From Ignavibacteriota bacterium (GTDB taxonomy: Bacteria; Bacteroidota; Ignavibacteria; UBA10030), in assembly GCA_963778945.1 (NCBI GenBank), contig CAVZWL010000014.1:152387-216386 (forward strand): 64,000 nucleotides of DNA, in the 5' to 3' direction. Shown piece after piece: positions 63,101 through 64,000 of this stretch (the stretch's first letter is position 1; every line of letters begins with the position of its first letter). The notes under the pieces were generated by a model. The model did no database searches. It worked only from the letters and a program-made list of their open reading frames with translations, and had not been told where the DNA came from. The translations under genes were made by a program, and so were the position numbers.

Positions 63101-64000
63101 TCACTCTCTCATTTCCGGCTTCATTTGGGGAAACAGAACAACATCGCGTATTGATTCCTGATTTGTAAGAAGAATCGTCAGCCGGTCGATTCCGATGCCG
63201 AGTCCGGCAGCGGGAGGCATGCCGTACTCCAGCGCCCTGAGATAATCTTCATCCAAAACCTGCGCCTCTTCATCGCCGCGCTCGCGAAGTTTCATTTGTT
63301 CTTCGAATCTTGCGCGCTGGTCGAGAGGATCGTTTAATTCTGTAAAGGCATTGCACAATTCCTTACCGTTGACGATTGCTTCGAAACGTTCAACCAGTCC
63401 CTGTTTGGTCCGATGCTTCTTGGCAAGAGGAGACATCTCCAAAGGGTAATCGATAATGAATGTCGGCTGTATAAGAAACGGTTCGACCTTGGCGCCGAAT
63501 ATTTCATCAATGATGGCTCCGACACCGACCTTCGGCCCTATATCGATGTGCAATTCTTGAGCAGCCGACCGCAGATCTATTTCCGATTTCCCGCTTAAAT
63601 CTTTTCCCGTGAATTCTTTAATGGCGTCGAACATTGAGATGCGTCTCCAAGGAGGAGTGAAATCAATAATCTTGTCTCCGACTGTCGCTTTCGAAGATCC
63701 GTTCGCTGCAATTGCAGCCATTGAAACAAGATCCTCGACCATCGACATCATCCATGTATAGTCCTTATAGGCGACATAAATTTCCAGCATGGTAAATTCG
63801 GGACTATGGGAACGGTCCATCCCCTCGTTTCGGAAATCTTTAGAAATTTCATACACTCCGTCATAGCCGCCGACTATCAAGCGCTTGAGATAGAGTTCGT
63901 CTGCAATGCGAAGGAAGAAATCGAAATCCAGTGCATTGTGATGCGTTTTAAACGGCCGCGCAGATGCACCGCCGTAGATCGGCTGAAGGACGGGTGTCTC
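63101..64000 (-). CDS. lysS: Lysyl-tRNA synthetase (class II), C-terminal catalytic part. The 5' end lies beyond the window.
   Basis: The frame is open to base 64000 ([75 protein letters not shown]). Confidence 0.9.
   Translation of the reverse strand, partial: ETPVLQPIYGGASARPFKTHHNALDFDFFLRIADELYLKRLIVGGYDGVYEISKDFRNEGMDRSHSPEFTMLEIYVAYKDYTWMMSMVEDLVSMAAIAANGSSKATVGDKIIDFTPPWRRISMFDAIKEFTGKDLSGKSEIDLRSAAQELHIDIGPKVGVGAIIDEIFGAKVEPFLIQPTFIIDYPLEMSPLAKKHRTKQGLVERFEAIVNGKELCNAFTELNDPLDQRARFEEQMKLRERGDEEAQVLDEDYLRALEYGMPPAAGLGIGIDRLTILLTNQESIRDVVLFPQMKPEMRE

Overview
The window looks like 64 kb of bacterial core chromosome. By eye GC is about 40-45%, and gene content suggests the FCB group (Bacteroidota, Ignavibacteriota or Chlorobiota), though I cannot confirm this. 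It is densely packed with housekeeping genes, mostly on the minus strand. These include ileS, metG, tyrS and lysS; rplU-rpmA; topA; holB; gatA; ndk; dut; smpB; hprK-hpf; and a BamA-like gene. There is a self-contained 2-oxoacid dehydrogenase and lipoylation cluster (lpdA-lipB-E1ab-E2-lipA), followed by psd-pssA-purS-purQ-tatA. There is also a futalosine-type menaquinone cluster (mqnC, an mqnE-mqnA fusion, and UbiD-, UbiX- and UbiA-like late-step genes). I found no rRNA, tRNA, CRISPR array, transposase or prophage signature.

Two things stand out.

1. An intact 265-aa protein with a C-terminal TIR-like (Cap12/PycTIR-type) domain and an unassigned N-terminal domain sits inside the futalosine operon. 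Its start codon is 4 nt after the mqnE-mqnA stop. That is the position where the pathway's N-glycosidase step (MqnB or MTAN) would be expected. It could be an orphan NADase-type immune effector, or a non-orthologous futalosine or aminofutalosine nucleosidase.

2. By my hand count, about 30 of roughly 65 genes carry reading-frame breaks, roughly 50 in total. The broken genes include essential single-copy ones (rpmA, rplU, topA, gatA). The breaks are clustered, and several multi-kb stretches have none. Several breaks resolve to single-base indels in homopolymer runs. Patchy assembly indel error is the most likely cause, not pseudogenisation.

All family assignments come from motif recognition by eye and from memory. 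No searches were run.
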